Assembly: GCA_045597785.1 (NCBI GenBank)
Contig: JAZLKT010000057.1
Coordinates: 775-64,774, forward strand
Length of the DNA stretch: 64,000 bases
Source of the DNA: Candidatus Cryptobacteroides sp.
GTDB taxonomy: Bacteria; Bacteroidota; Bacteroidia; Bacteroidales; UBA932
Direction: 5' to 3'
Position 1 is the first letter of the stretch. Each line of letters opens with the position of its first letter. Below, in pieces: positions 47,534 through 57,403 of this stretch. Under the pieces are notes generated by a model that did no database searches, was not told the origin of the DNA, and saw only the letters and a program-made list of their open reading frames with translations. A program made the translations under genes and the position numbers.

Positions 47534-47950
47534 TCAAAATGTCGCGTTGATAAGTTCGTGACCGAGTTTGTGGAGGGCTTTTTCGATTTTCTCGACCTGC
47601 GGACGACGGGGCTTCGAAAGTCCGTGCATATAAGACCAGATTTGTTTGGGATGAATTCCGGAAATGCGGCCGATAGCGGTTGGCGTAACTATTCCGGAAT
47701 AGTATTCCAGAAGGTCTTGAACATCCCATTTCATTGTCAGCTCGTATTCCGCGTCAAGCCAATCGGGGTAAAAAGCGGCAGAAGCGCGACCGATTTCGTC
47801 CTTTGTGATGCGCAACGTCTCTTTCAAGTCTTCGATGGCCTTGCCGGCCGTATTTCCCATTCCTATTAGAGCCGGGCAGGTTTCGCAATATGCGGTGTGC
47901 GTGCCATCGCCAGCCTTCGATACTATTACCAATACCTTTTCCATAATCAT
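47534..47950 (-). CDS. hicB: HicB-family antitoxin with C-terminal HTH
   Basis: V.VIVSK..DG..AY....IGMGNT..AIEDLKE RNase H-like head; TAIGRISGIHPKQIWSYMHGLSKPR HTH. Confidence 0.85.
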   Translation of the reverse strand: MIMEKVLVIVSKAGDGTHTAYCETCPALIGMGNTAGKAIEDLKETLRITKDEIGRASAAFYPDWLDAEYELTMKWDVQDLLEYYSGIVTPTAIGRISGIHPKQIWSYMHGLSKPRRPQVEKIEKALHKLGHELINATF

Positions 47951-48123
47951 ATTCCCATTTCTTTGAGGATTTTCAAGGCAATCCCTTTACCCATTTCTTT
48001 GCTGCCATGATCCGGAACGCAATACCGGACGCCATTCTTTTCGTATATAATATGGCTTCCGCATTGTCGAATCGGAACCCATCCGGCTTGCCGGATCAAT
48101 CTGTGAAATTCGCTGGATTTCAT
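47947..48123 (-). CDS. hicA: HicA-family mRNA interferase toxin (58 aa)
   Basis: Below ORF-track cutoff. Hand translation MKSSEFHRLIRQAGWVPIRQCGSHIIYEKNGVRYCVPDHGSKEMGKGIALKILKEMGI has GSH and VPxH motifs; stop overlaps the hicB start (ATGA). Confidence 0.92.
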   Translation of the reverse strand: MKSSEFHRLIRQAGWVPIRQCGSHIIYEKNGVRYCVPDHGSKEMGKGIALKILKEMGI

Positions 48124-48144
48124 TTTTCATAGTTGTTTGTTTGG

Positions 48145-48164
48145 CAAAGGTAGAAAATTTTCTA
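48145..48164 (-). promoter_or_regulatory. hicAB promoter with overlapping palindromic operator
   Basis: TACCTTTG (-7) at 48145-48152 and perfect 14-bp palindrome TAGAAAATTTTCTA at 48151-48164. Confidence 0.7.
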
Positions 48165-48286
48165 TTATTTACAATATCACACTGCCAGTTTGTGTGACAG
48201 GGGCCGTAACTTTCGGGGCCTCGAGCGTGGCCGACTATTTCCTGTCACCCTCGCTCGCCAACCATCACGTTATCTGCGGGAGATAA

Positions 48287-50695
48287 TCAGAACGTTATGG
48301 TGATTTCGTGCTTTCCGGGGGAATACGGGATGAACTTCCTGCCTGACTTGCCGTCAAGCTTTATGGTGATGTCGTATTCCGCGTTGCGCCAAACACGGTG
48401 GACCCTGATGCTCTTAATAGAGGATGGCAGCGAGGGCTCAATCACCAATCCGTCATATTCGGGTTTGATGCCGCACAGCCATTGGGTCGCGGCGTACCAG
48501 TTCCACGCAGCGGTGCCTGTCAGCCAGCTGTTCTTGCCTTCTCCGGGCCTCGCGGCATCTTTGCCGGCCACCATCTGACAATAGACGTATGGCTCCACCT
48601 TGTGGAGAGCCTGGTCTTTGATGAAGGCGGGGCTTATCTTGCAGTAGTGTTCCCAAGCGTCATCCGTGCGGCCGGCGACCACCTCGCCGATAACAATCCA
48701 GGGGTTGTTGTGGCAGAATATGCCGGCGTTCTCCTTGTATCCCTGAGGGTATGAGCTGATCTCGCCGTACTCGATGCGGTATCTGCTGTAGGCCGGGTTG
48801 TTCAGCACTATGCCGTGTTCGCAGTCCATCATTCTCTTGACTGAGTCCAGTGCCGCGTCGCACATCCCGGCGCGCCTGCCTATTCCGGCCATTGTGCACC
48901 AGCCCTGGCTCTCGATGAATATCTTTCCTTCCTCGTTCTCGGAAGAGCCTACTTTGTTGCCGTAATAGTCATAAGCGCGCAGGAACCATTCTCCGTCCCA
49001 GCCGTATTTTTCAACGGCCGCCTCCATTGCGCTGACGCTGGCGCGGACCGCCGAAGAGTCGTGTCCGATTCTGTCGAGCAGCTGTGCGTATTGATTTCCG
49101 CAGAACACGAACTGGCCCGCAATCATCAGCGACTCGGCCTTGCTGCCTTCGGTCTTGTTTTCCGTCGTTTGGAAAGAGTCGTCGGGATTGTTGCTGAAGC
49201 AGTTGAGGTTGAGGCAGTCGTTCCAATCGGCTCGTCCTATCAGGGGTAGCCCGTGAGGGCCGAGCTTGCGCGCGACATGTTCGAAGGATATCTGAAGATG
49301 CTCCAGAAGGGGCTTTTCGCTCCCGGGTACATTGTCGAAGGGGACGGGTTCTTCGAGTATTCCAAAGTCACCGCTTTCTTTTATGTATGCGATTGTACCG
49401 AAGATCAGCCATAACGGATCATCTCCGAAACCTCCGCCGATATCGTTGTTGCCGCGCTTCGTAAGGGGCTGGTATTGGTGGTAACAGCTGCCGTCCGGGA
49501 ACTGGGTTGAGGCGAGGTCTATTATCCTTCGGCGCGCACGGTCAGGTATCTGGTGAACGAATCCCACAAGGTCCTGGTTCGAGTCCCTGAAGCCCATTCC
49601 GCGCCCTATTCCGCTTTCGAAAAAGCTGGCGCTGCGGCTCATGTTAAAGGTAACCATGCACTGATACTGGTTCCAGATATTGAGCATCCTGTCCAATTCC
49701 GTCACGCCGGACTCGATATGGAATTTGTTAAGCAGGCGCTCCCAATAACGGCACAGTTCGGAGAATTTTCTGTCAACTTTTTCGGAAGAGTCCAGCTGCT
49801 CGAGCATCCGGTAGGCGGCGCTCTTATTTATGATTGCGGAACCGGAACTGATTTCCTTTCCCGTGGGCTCGATGAACTTTTCGTCCTGCGGGTTTTCCAC
49901 ATAACCCAGCACGAAGACGTAGTCTTTCGACTCTCCGGGGTTGAGATGCAGTTCGATGCAGTGCGAGGCCACCGGGCTCCAGCCGTGGGCGACGGAGTTG
50001 CGCGGAGAGCCTTCGCTGACGACCTGCGGGTCGCCGAAGGAGTTGTACAGCCCGATGAATGACTCCCTGTCCGTGTCGAAGCCCTGAATGGGCGCGTTGA
50101 CTCCGTAGAAGGCATAGTGGTCGCGGCGCTCACGGTACTCGGTCTTGTGATATATGACGCTGCCTTCTATTTCAACTTCGCCGGTTGAGAGATTGCGCTG
50201 GAAATTTTCCATGTCCGTCTGCGCATTCCAGAGACACCACTCGACGAAAGAAAAGAGTTTGAGTCTCTTCTTTTCGGGAGATGTGTTCGTCAAGGTCATC
50301 TTCTGCACTTCGCAGCGCATTCCGACCGGGACAAAGAACAGAACCGACGCTTCCACGCCATTCTTTTTGCCTGTAATGCGGGAATACCCCATTCCGTGCC
50401 GGCATTCATAGGAATCAAGTTCCGTCTTGCATGGTTTCCAGCCCGGGCTCCATATCGTTTCTCCGTCCTTGATATAGAAATAGCGCCCGCCGTCATCCAT
50501 GGGTACTCCGTTATAACGGTAACGGGTTATTCGGCGGAATTTCGCATCCCGGCAGAAACAGTATCCTCCTGCGGTGCCCGAAATCAGGCTGAAGAAGTCT
50601 TCTGTGCCGAGATAGTTGATCCAAGGCCATGGTGTGGCCGGATCGGTAATCACGAATTCCCTGTCCGGGTCATTGAAATGACCGTATTCTTTCAT
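48287..50695 (-). CDS. GH94 cellobiose phosphorylase-like enzyme
   Basis: [57 protein letters not shown]; no signal peptide. Confidence 0.92.
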   Translation of the reverse strand: MKEYGHFNDPDREFVITDPATPWPWINYLGTEDFFSLISGTAGGYCFCRDAKFRRITRYRYNGVPMDDGGRYFYIKDGETIWSPGWKPCKTELDSYECRHGMGYSRITGKKNGVEASVLFFVPVGMRCEVQKMTLTNTSPEKKRLKLFSFVEWCLWNAQTDMENFQRNLSTGEVEIEGSVIYHKTEYRERRDHYAFYGVNAPIQGFDTDRESFIGLYNSFGDPQVVSEGSPRNSVAHGWSPVASHCIELHLNPGESKDYVFVLGYVENPQDEKFIEPTGKEISSGSAIINKSAAYRMLEQLDSSEKVDRKFSELCRYWERLLNKFHIESGVTELDRMLNIWNQYQCMVTFNMSRSASFFESGIGRGMGFRDSNQDLVGFVHQIPDRARRRIIDLASTQFPDGSCYHQYQPLTKRGNNDIGGGFGDDPLWLIFGTIAYIKESGDFGILEEPVPFDNVPGSEKPLLEHLQISFEHVARKLGPHGLPLIGRADWNDCLNLNCFSNNPDDSFQTTENKTEGSKAESLMIAGQFVFCGNQYAQLLDRIGHDSSAVRASVSAMEAAVEKYGWDGEWFLRAYDYYGNKVGSSENEEGKIFIESQGWCTMAGIGRRAGMCDAALDSVKRMMDCEHGIVLNNPAYSRYRIEYGEISSYPQGYKENAGIFCHNNPWIVIGEVVAGRTDDAWEHYCKISPAFIKDQALHKVEPYVYCQMVAGKDAARPGEGKNSWLTGTAAWNWYAATQWLCGIKPEYDGLVIEPSLPSSIKSIRVHRVWRNAEYDITIKLDGKSGRKFIPYSPGKHEITITF

Positions 50696-50707
50696 CTGAG
50701 AGAGACG

Positions 50708-51865
50708 CTATTTTCCTTCGTTTTTGTCGATGAGTCTGTTGATGCGTTCCACGGTCAGCCCGGTGCGGAACCCGTCCGGCTCCGTATTCAGGCAATAGTC
50801 GACCAGGCGCTCGACAGATGAAGTGGCAACGTGCATCCTGGTGTCGCTGGAGGCATAGTAGATGAAGACTTTGCCGTCCTCGTCGGCAATCCAGCCGTTG
50901 GCGAAAAGCACGTTCATAACGTCGCCGATATATTCTTCTCCTACCGGTGCCATAAAGAAGCCCGCAGGCTCGGCGATTACTTTCGACGGGTCCTCAAGGG
51001 CGGTCATATACAGGTAGAGGACATAGCGGAGGCCGCTCGCGCATCCGCGGACGCCGTGTGCCAGATGAAGCCAGCCCTTGTCTGTCTTGATGGGATGCGG
51101 ACCTTCGCCGTTCTTCGCTTCCTTGATGGTGTGATAGTGCCTTGAATTGATGATTTTTTCGGTTTCGATGCGGGCCGAGGTGATATCGTCGATAAGCGCC
51201 CATCCGATACCGCCACCCGAGCCGGCCTCGATGAAACCGTCCTGCGGGCGTGTGTAGAGCGCATATTTGCCGTCAACGAATTCGGGGTGAAGGCAGACGT
51301 TTCTCTGCTGGGTGTCGGCCTGGAGGTCGGGAAGACGCTCCCAATTGACAAGATCCTTTGTCCTGGCAATACCGCAGGCTGCAGTCGCCGCGGAAAGATC
51401 GCCCTCCGCGTCGTGGTCCTTGCGCTCGACGCAGAACAGCCCGTATATCCATCCGTCCTCGTGGCGGGTAAGCCTCATGTCATAGACGTTGGTAGCAGGC
51501 TCTCCATACTCGGGCATTGTTATCGGCCTTGGCCAGAAGCGGAAGTTATCTACGCCATTCGGGCTTTCGGCGACCGCAAAGAACGATTTCCTGTCATCTG
51601 CTTCGACGCGTACGACGAGTACGTATTTGTCGCCCCACTTTATTGCACCGCTGTTGAATGCGGCGTGTATTCCAACCCTTTGCATTAGGAATGGGTTGGA
51701 CTCCTTGTTCATATCATATTTCCATTCCAGGGGAGTATGGGCGTTCGTAACGATAGGGTTTGTCCAGCGCTCATACACTCCGTTCACATATTCGGGAGTG
51801 TTTTCCCTGCCAAGGAGCTGCTCGTGCTCCTTCTTCAGAGTTTCCAGTCTTTCTTCAAATGTCAT
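50708..51865 (-). CDS. GH130 4-O-beta-D-mannosyl-D-glucose phosphorylase-like enzyme
   Basis: FNSGAIK, RVEADDRKSFF, NVYDMRLTRHEDG, YTRPQDGFI, YHTIKEAKNG, GDVMNVLF; cytoplasmic. Confidence 0.92.
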   Translation of the reverse strand: MTFEERLETLKKEHEQLLGRENTPEYVNGVYERWTNPIVTNAHTPLEWKYDMNKESNPFLMQRVGIHAAFNSGAIKWGDKYVLVVRVEADDRKSFFAVAESPNGVDNFRFWPRPITMPEYGEPATNVYDMRLTRHEDGWIYGLFCVERKDHDAEGDLSAATAACGIARTKDLVNWERLPDLQADTQQRNVCLHPEFVDGKYALYTRPQDGFIEAGSGGGIGWALIDDITSARIETEKIINSRHYHTIKEAKNGEGPHPIKTDKGWLHLAHGVRGCASGLRYVLYLYMTALEDPSKVIAEPAGFFMAPVGEEYIGDVMNVLFANGWIADEDGKVFIYYASSDTRMHVATSSVERLVDYCLNTEPDGFRTGLTVERINRLIDKNEGK

Positions 51866-51885
51866 AGTTCCTATAATATGATGAT

Positions 51886-53499
51886 TTAACGTGGGGCATT
51901 GTCATAGACAGAGTCAAGGTCGTATGATTTGTCCGTATTATACATTGCTTTGTTCATTACGGCGACAGCCTCCTCGGAGTGGCCGATGTATTCGCCGGTT
52001 CCGTGGTCGATATATGCGTGATGTTCCGTCCCGTACCCCGGATTTCCGTTGTCCCAGAGGAAACAAGGCAGGCCGTAACTCTTAGAGCACTTTACGAAAT
52101 ATTCCAGGTAATAGAGGAAGTTTTTCCAGTCCTTTGTCTTGGTCCAGTCCCTCATACTGCAGCCGAATTCCCCCATATAGACGGGAATCCCCTTTGCGAT
52201 GTAGTTGACGTAGAGCGACGAGAAGACGTCCCGGACCAGTTTCTCGTCCTGGGGATTGTTTGTCGTATGCCCCCAATATTTCTGCGGCAGGCCTTCTGCG
52301 AGTGTGTAGTTGTACGGGTCGTAGCAGTGGACGGCAAGCATAGTCTTACCAGCGGGGTCTTCCGGCATCTTGAAATATTTGATGAGTCCGGGATTTGCGG
52401 CGTATGTTGGAACGCCGAGCCAGCGTGTTGCATTGTTGCCGCCGGTGGCCCTGACTGCGGTTACGAACACCTGATTCCACTGATTCAGTACGGCCGCCTG
52501 CTTGTCCGTGTCCGGGCTTCCTCCCCATTTGCCGTCGTTGATTTCGTTGAAACTCTCGAAAATGAGATAGTCGCCCTCGTTCTTGAAGGTTTCGGCCACG
52601 TTGGTCCAGAATCCGCGGATTTTGTCTTTTATCTGCTCGCCAGCCTGCTCGCTCGCGGTAGCGTCGATGATGTTCAGCCAGCGGTGTCCCATGGACTCGT
52701 TGCCATAGTAGTGGTCTTCGTCGTGGTGGGTGTTGATGATGACTTTCAGTCCTGCGTCCCTTGCCCATCCGACAACCTCTACGATGCGATCCATCCAGTC
52801 CTTGTCTATCGTGTAATCCGGAGCGGGGCCTATGGTGTTGAGCCAGGTAATTGGAATGCGGACGCTCTTGAAGCCGGCGGCGCGTACCTTCTCAAAGGTA
52901 GTCCGCGTGCATTTCGCATTGCCCCAGCAGGTCTCGTCCGGCCACAGGAAAGTGTTCTTGTCGCCGGGATAGTTGTGAAAAGCGTCGAAATGATTGCCCA
53001 TATTCCATCCGAGGCCCAGTGAAGAGAGCATGCGCCACGCCTCGTTGTCTTCCGGAGTGGGGATGGTATCCACCTGTGGCGGAGGGAGTATGCTCTCCCT
53101 GGTGGTGAAGCGCACGGTTGTGCCCGCGGCCGCCTCCTGATTTTCCTTGTAGCCACGTACTGTTCCGGAAGGGACGGTAAGCGTATATGCGGTGCCTCCT
53201 GCAAGATTGCCAAGCGTGACGGTGAGTGTTTTCCCATAAGCGAACACCTTGTCAACCGTACCCTCGTTGTCAATCAGAACCAGTTTGGCTTCCGAAGACA
53301 GGAATTTGATGTTTTGGTCGTACGAGAGAACGATGTCCAGTTTTGTCTGGAACTCTACGTCAAGCGCACCGTCCTCGGGCACAGTGGACAACAGCACGGG
53401 CGCCTCGGGCTTTGCGGTTTCCTTGGTTTCGGTGTTTTTGCATGAAGTCAGCGGCAGAACAAGGCTTGCCGCAAGCATTGCGATGATTCCCTTTCTCAT
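51886..53499 (-). CDS. GH5 (GH5_4-like) endoglucanase lipoprotein with N-terminal Ig-like domain
   Basis: LTSC lipobox; GWNMGN, RIPITW, INTHHD, FESFNE, HCYDP, MGEFG, LWDNG. Confidence 0.9.
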   Translation of the reverse strand: MRKGIIAMLAASLVLPLTSCKNTETKETAKPEAPVLLSTVPEDGALDVEFQTKLDIVLSYDQNIKFLSSEAKLVLIDNEGTVDKVFAYGKTLTVTLGNLAGGTAYTLTVPSGTVRGYKENQEAAAGTTVRFTTRESILPPPQVDTIPTPEDNEAWRMLSSLGLGWNMGNHFDAFHNYPGDKNTFLWPDETCWGNAKCTRTTFEKVRAAGFKSVRIPITWLNTIGPAPDYTIDKDWMDRIVEVVGWARDAGLKVIINTHHDEDHYYGNESMGHRWLNIIDATASEQAGEQIKDKIRGFWTNVAETFKNEGDYLIFESFNEINDGKWGGSPDTDKQAAVLNQWNQVFVTAVRATGGNNATRWLGVPTYAANPGLIKYFKMPEDPAGKTMLAVHCYDPYNYTLAEGLPQKYWGHTTNNPQDEKLVRDVFSSLYVNYIAKGIPVYMGEFGCSMRDWTKTKDWKNFLYYLEYFVKCSKSYGLPCFLWDNGNPGYGTEHHAYIDHGTGEYIGHSEEAVAVMNKAMYNTDKSYDLDSVYDNAPR

Positions 53500-53505
53500 A
53501 TCTCT

Positions 53506-54969
53506 TTATTGCAAAGATGGCATATATTCTCTGGAAATGGTGCTTTTTTCTGCCATTATCTGTTTCCAGTAATTGTCGGTATTGAATTTCCAATCGCCGG
53601 TCCCGCTGCTCCAGACGAGGAACCAGCTCCATTTGTTGCCGGCATCGAAGCAGGCTGCCGGATCCGGAATGTTGCCGCACTCGCTGATAGTCACCAGCTT
53701 GCGCCCTTCGGTAAGGTTGACGCAGGCCTGATACTGGCGGGTCTTTGCAGCAGTGTTTTCCTCATATATATCCACGCCGACAATATCGACATAGTCGTCT
53801 CCGGGATACCAGTCGGCCCATTCGCTTTCCGCGGCCTGGGTGGCGTCGAGAGTCCACACCCAGATGAGGTTGTTGAGACCATATTGCTTTTCGAACGTGT
53901 CCCTCATCAAGCGGTACAGCTGCTTGCAGGGCTCTGCGCCCCCACGCCCCCACCAGAACCAGGCGTTATTCTTTATGCCGTACAGGTTATAATTGCCGGC
54001 CGCTTCGTGCAGGGGCCGCCAGATGACAGGCACTCCCGCATCCTGCAGAATCTTAAGGTATCCGGCAACCTTTTCCATATCTTTCATTATGAAATCATGC
54101 TGCCAGGTTCCGTCCTTAAGGGCCTCCACTATGCTGAACGATGTTTCGGAACTGTAGAAGGCGTACCCGTCGAAATTGTACTCGTTGACGCCTTTTTTCC
54201 AGTCGTTCTCTGAATTCGGCACGTTCCAGTGCCACATATAGCCAACCAGACCGCCGGCGTTCCAATGCTCTATCGGAGCCGACATGTCTGAATAATTCAC
54301 AACCCAGCTCCAACCTGCGGGGGTCGGAGAATACTGCAGGAATATGAAGTCGTATCCTGCAAGAGCCGGATGCTTTCCGGTTTTTTGTGCGATGAGATTT
54401 ATGTGCTCATTGTTATTGGCCGTGCCTTCGCTCTGCACGCCCGTGAGCATCTTCTTCCCGCTCTGCTCAAGCAGGAAGCCGTAAACGTTCTTTGCCTGCT
54501 TCGTCGCGTTTGGGTTTGACAGTTCCGAAACAGGGTTGAGGTCATAGTCTATTCTTGGTTTGACATATTTCATAGAGAAAGTCAGGCTCGTCCCGGCGGC
54601 GGCTTTCTGGTTGTTCTTGAAGCCTTTCACAAGAGCGTCCGGTACGTCCAGCCTGTACGTCTGCCCGCTCTTGAGGGAGGTAATGTCTATTGACAGAACC
54701 GTCATATAGGCAGTCACCTTTTCGATAACCGCATCGTTGTCTATTATTATCCGCCCCGCTTCGGCCGAACTGCAGTGTATGTTCTGGTCGTAGGTGAGTC
54801 TTACGGTCAGTTTCTCCCCTTCCAGTTCGGCGGTGCCGTCAGCGGGGTCTGCGGACAACAGGACCGGAGCCGGAGTTTCTGCCGGTTCTGCCGGTTCCGT
54901 GCCGGAACAGGATGCCGCGGACAAAAGCGCTGCAAGGCCAAGAATGAATGAGTATACAGCCGGTGTCAT
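53506..54969 (-). CDS. GH26 beta-mannanase lipoprotein with N-terminal Ig-like domain
   Basis: Start moved to MTPAVYS (54969); AASC lipobox; WHW, WRPLHE, WFWWG, WYPGDDYVDIVGVDIY, ISECG. Confidence 0.92.
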   Translation of the reverse strand: MTPAVYSFILGLAALLSAASCSGTEPAEPAETPAPVLLSADPADGTAELEGEKLTVRLTYDQNIHCSSAEAGRIIIDNDAVIEKVTAYMTVLSIDITSLKSGQTYRLDVPDALVKGFKNNQKAAAGTSLTFSMKYVKPRIDYDLNPVSELSNPNATKQAKNVYGFLLEQSGKKMLTGVQSEGTANNNEHINLIAQKTGKHPALAGYDFIFLQYSPTPAGWSWVVNYSDMSAPIEHWNAGGLVGYMWHWNVPNSENDWKKGVNEYNFDGYAFYSSETSFSIVEALKDGTWQHDFIMKDMEKVAGYLKILQDAGVPVIWRPLHEAAGNYNLYGIKNNAWFWWGRGGAEPCKQLYRLMRDTFEKQYGLNNLIWVWTLDATQAAESEWADWYPGDDYVDIVGVDIYEENTAAKTRQYQACVNLTEGRKLVTISECGNIPDPAACFDAGNKWSWFLVWSSGTGDWKFNTDNYWKQIMAEKSTISREYMPSLQ

Positions 54970-54970
54970 T

Positions 54971-55008
54971 ATAATAAAAAGGGGCGGCAGCCGTTCCGCC
55001 GCCCCTTT
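54971..55008 (-). terminator. Internal terminator-like hairpin inside the PUL
   Basis: 11-bp stem AAAGGGGCGGC/GCCGCCCCTTT (54978-54988/54998-55008) ending in a T-run on the minus strand. Confidence 0.8.
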
Positions 55009-55019
55009 AAAAATACTGA

Positions 55020-57389
55020 TTACATAAGTGCGATTCTGGTGACGGCTACATTGTCGCCGTTGCCGAGGAACGAGCCGCCCCAATACCCTACGGTGTATGC
55101 GGCGTCAAGGATTTCCTGGGTGAGAGTGAGTCCGATGTATCCGCCGTTTGCATCGAGGTCGTATTCAACGAACTTGCCGTCTTCGGTATCGTTGCCAACC
55201 GAGCAGTAGCTGCAATATGTTGCGCCCCAGTGGCCTTCGACAATCTGCAGTTTCCATGCATCTTCCGTAGGAGAGAGGTAGAACCTGATTTCCTGACCTG
55301 CGGTAGCTCCGGCCTCCTGAAGTTCAGTGCCACCGTCGCTGAGGAAGAAAGGCTGGATGCTCCAGTCGTCGACAAGTTCTTCGCCTTCCCAGAGAGTGAC
55401 TTCCTGAGAAATCTCGGATACGAGAACAACCTTGGTCACCGTGAAGAATGCTCCGCAAAGCACAAGACCGCCGTTGTTTACGAGTTCGGCAAGGTCTGCG
55501 GCCGTAAGCTTGATGGCAAGGTATCCGTCGGCCTCAACAGGGACATTGCCCTCACCGTCGGAACCGGGAAGAAGTTTCCACGAAGGGAGCGCGTTCCAGC
55601 TGCCGTTTCCGCCACGTATCTGGTGGTAATCACCGGCGGGATTGAGTTCGAAGAACACTTGGAGTTCCGTACCAACAGCCACTGTGCTCCAGTCATATCC
55701 ACCCCAGGCAAGATCCTGCATTCCATTGTCCCAGGAACCAATGGTGAAGCTGCCTTCCCATATCGTATTTATGACAAGTTCGAGCTGGACCTCTATGGGA
55801 TCGGCCTGTATCTCGATGTCTCCGTCATAAAGCTGGAACTTGAGTTCGTAAGAACCTATCTTGCACCAGGGCATAAGGAAGCGGATTTCCTCCGGAGTGC
55901 GGAGGCCGTATTGTGTGACCTTGGTTTCACCGATAAAGATGGATTCCACAAGGTCCAGGCTCTGACCCTGGAGGATGACTTCCTGGCCAATGTGCTGCCC
56001 TGAAGGGCGCGAGGTGAGGATGACCTTGCTGTGGTAGCTCATAACCACTTCTTCGGCCGATTCGATTGTCTCTCCGTTGGCAAGCGTGAGGGAAACCTTT
56101 CCGCCGACCGATGTCACAGCTGTCGCGAGGGTAAGGCTTGTCTCGGACTTTTCGCTTATCTCAACGGCCTTCGTTCCGATCTTGGCGGCGGTCACGAGGT
56201 CGAGATCGGTACCTGTAACGATAACGGGCTCGTCACCGGCATAGAGAGAGAGGGGGCTTACAGCCGAGATGGTAGGATGAACGAGCATATAACCAACCTC
56301 TACGAAGTCTCCATTCGGGTGATAGAGTTTCGCGGTTCCCTCGGTGGCTTTAGCTGAGACCAGAATGTTGAGATTGCCTTCGACAAGCTCGAATGAGGCG
56401 TTCTCCGCACCGGCCAGGTCAACCTTGGCAACAACGTCAAGGTTGGTACCGCTCATCACGAGCTGGGCTCCGGCCTTGGGAATATTGGTGGCAAAGAGTT
56501 CCGAAGGCATAATGCACTCGATGCTGCCGATTTCGAATTTATCTCCCGCAAACGAGACGGCGTTCACGACACCGTCCGTGGCTGCTGCGGGCACGGCAAT
56601 GGTAATCTCTCCCTCAACGACTTCAAGGTTCCCGATTGTCTCGGTTGCGTCATTTTTGGTGAATTCAACCGCTTTGATCATTTCGAGGTGCGTTCCGGTG
56701 AAAGTAATCTCATCATCGGGCTTAACCTGCTGCTCGGCAATCTTGGTGACCGAAGGCTTGCCTATGACAAGGTCTTCGGCAGAGTAAAGAAGGTTTTCAA
56801 TGTCGGCACCGTCGGAAAGGATGATTTTTCCGGTGATCGCCGTTGCGGGGATGATAACCTTTGCCTCGTGGCGTGTGGCGCCTTCTAGAACCTCTGAGGT
56901 CTCGCCGCCTTCGAATACGACGTGGTGAACGAGGTTCATATAGTCGCCTTCGAGGGTGATTTCATCTCCCGGATAAGCGGGCTGGCTGACAGTGAATTTG
57001 TCGAATACGATGGGTTCGGTGTATGTGAGTTCGGACTTTGTCACAAGCTCTTTCCCGTCTTTGGTAACAAGAGTGACGAAGCCGGGCTCGGCTCCTTCGG
57101 CAGGAAGTTGGACGCGTATTTCGCCAACTTTACCGGAGGTAACCACCTCAATTGTTGTAATAGGGTCAACTCCGGGGACTCTGACCTCCTTGACCTTTTC
57201 CAGATTGGAACCGAAGAACCTCAGGGTTGCTCCGCGCATCACCGGATTGGGGCCGAACGATGCAAGAGTCACCTGGGAATCGGAGTATTGCGCTGTATCA
57301 AGTACTTCAAACCTGTCGCCGATGTTGCAGGATGCGACAAGAGCGAGGCCCGCCAGAACAATAGCTGAATATTTTGTAAACTTATTCAT
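55020..57389 (-). CDS. Surface glycan-binding lipoprotein with multiple IPT/TIG domains
   Basis: VASC lipobox; repeated G-x-N/D-L IPT units; two Trp-rich C-terminal domains. Confidence 0.8.
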   Translation of the reverse strand: MNKFTKYSAIVLAGLALVASCNIGDRFEVLDTAQYSDSQVTLASFGPNPVMRGATLRFFGSNLEKVKEVRVPGVDPITTIEVVTSGKVGEIRVQLPAEGAEPGFVTLVTKDGKELVTKSELTYTEPIVFDKFTVSQPAYPGDEITLEGDYMNLVHHVVFEGGETSEVLEGATRHEAKVIIPATAITGKIILSDGADIENLLYSAEDLVIGKPSVTKIAEQQVKPDDEITFTGTHLEMIKAVEFTKNDATETIGNLEVVEGEITIAVPAAATDGVVNAVSFAGDKFEIGSIECIMPSELFATNIPKAGAQLVMSGTNLDVVAKVDLAGAENASFELVEGNLNILVSAKATEGTAKLYHPNGDFVEVGYMLVHPTISAVSPLSLYAGDEPVIVTGTDLDLVTAAKIGTKAVEISEKSETSLTLATAVTSVGGKVSLTLANGETIESAEEVVMSYHSKVILTSRPSGQHIGQEVILQGQSLDLVESIFIGETKVTQYGLRTPEEIRFLMPWCKIGSYELKFQLYDGDIEIQADPIEVQLELVINTIWEGSFTIGSWDNGMQDLAWGGYDWSTVAVGTELQVFFELNPAGDYHQIRGGNGSWNALPSWKLLPGSDGEGNVPVEADGYLAIKLTAADLAELVNNGGLVLCGAFFTVTKVVLVSEISQEVTLWEGEELVDDWSIQPFFLSDGGTELQEAGATAGQEIRFYLSPTEDAWKLQIVEGHWGATYCSYCSVGNDTEDGKFVEYDLDANGGYIGLTLTQEILDAAYTVGYWGGSFLGNGDNVAVTRIALM

Positions 57390-57403
57390 AATATCCTGAT
57401 TTA

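Noticed and set aside
54970-55083. N-terminal extension of GH26 in the ORF track
   Set aside because: It overlaps the upstream gene and the hairpin; the signal peptide begins at 54969.
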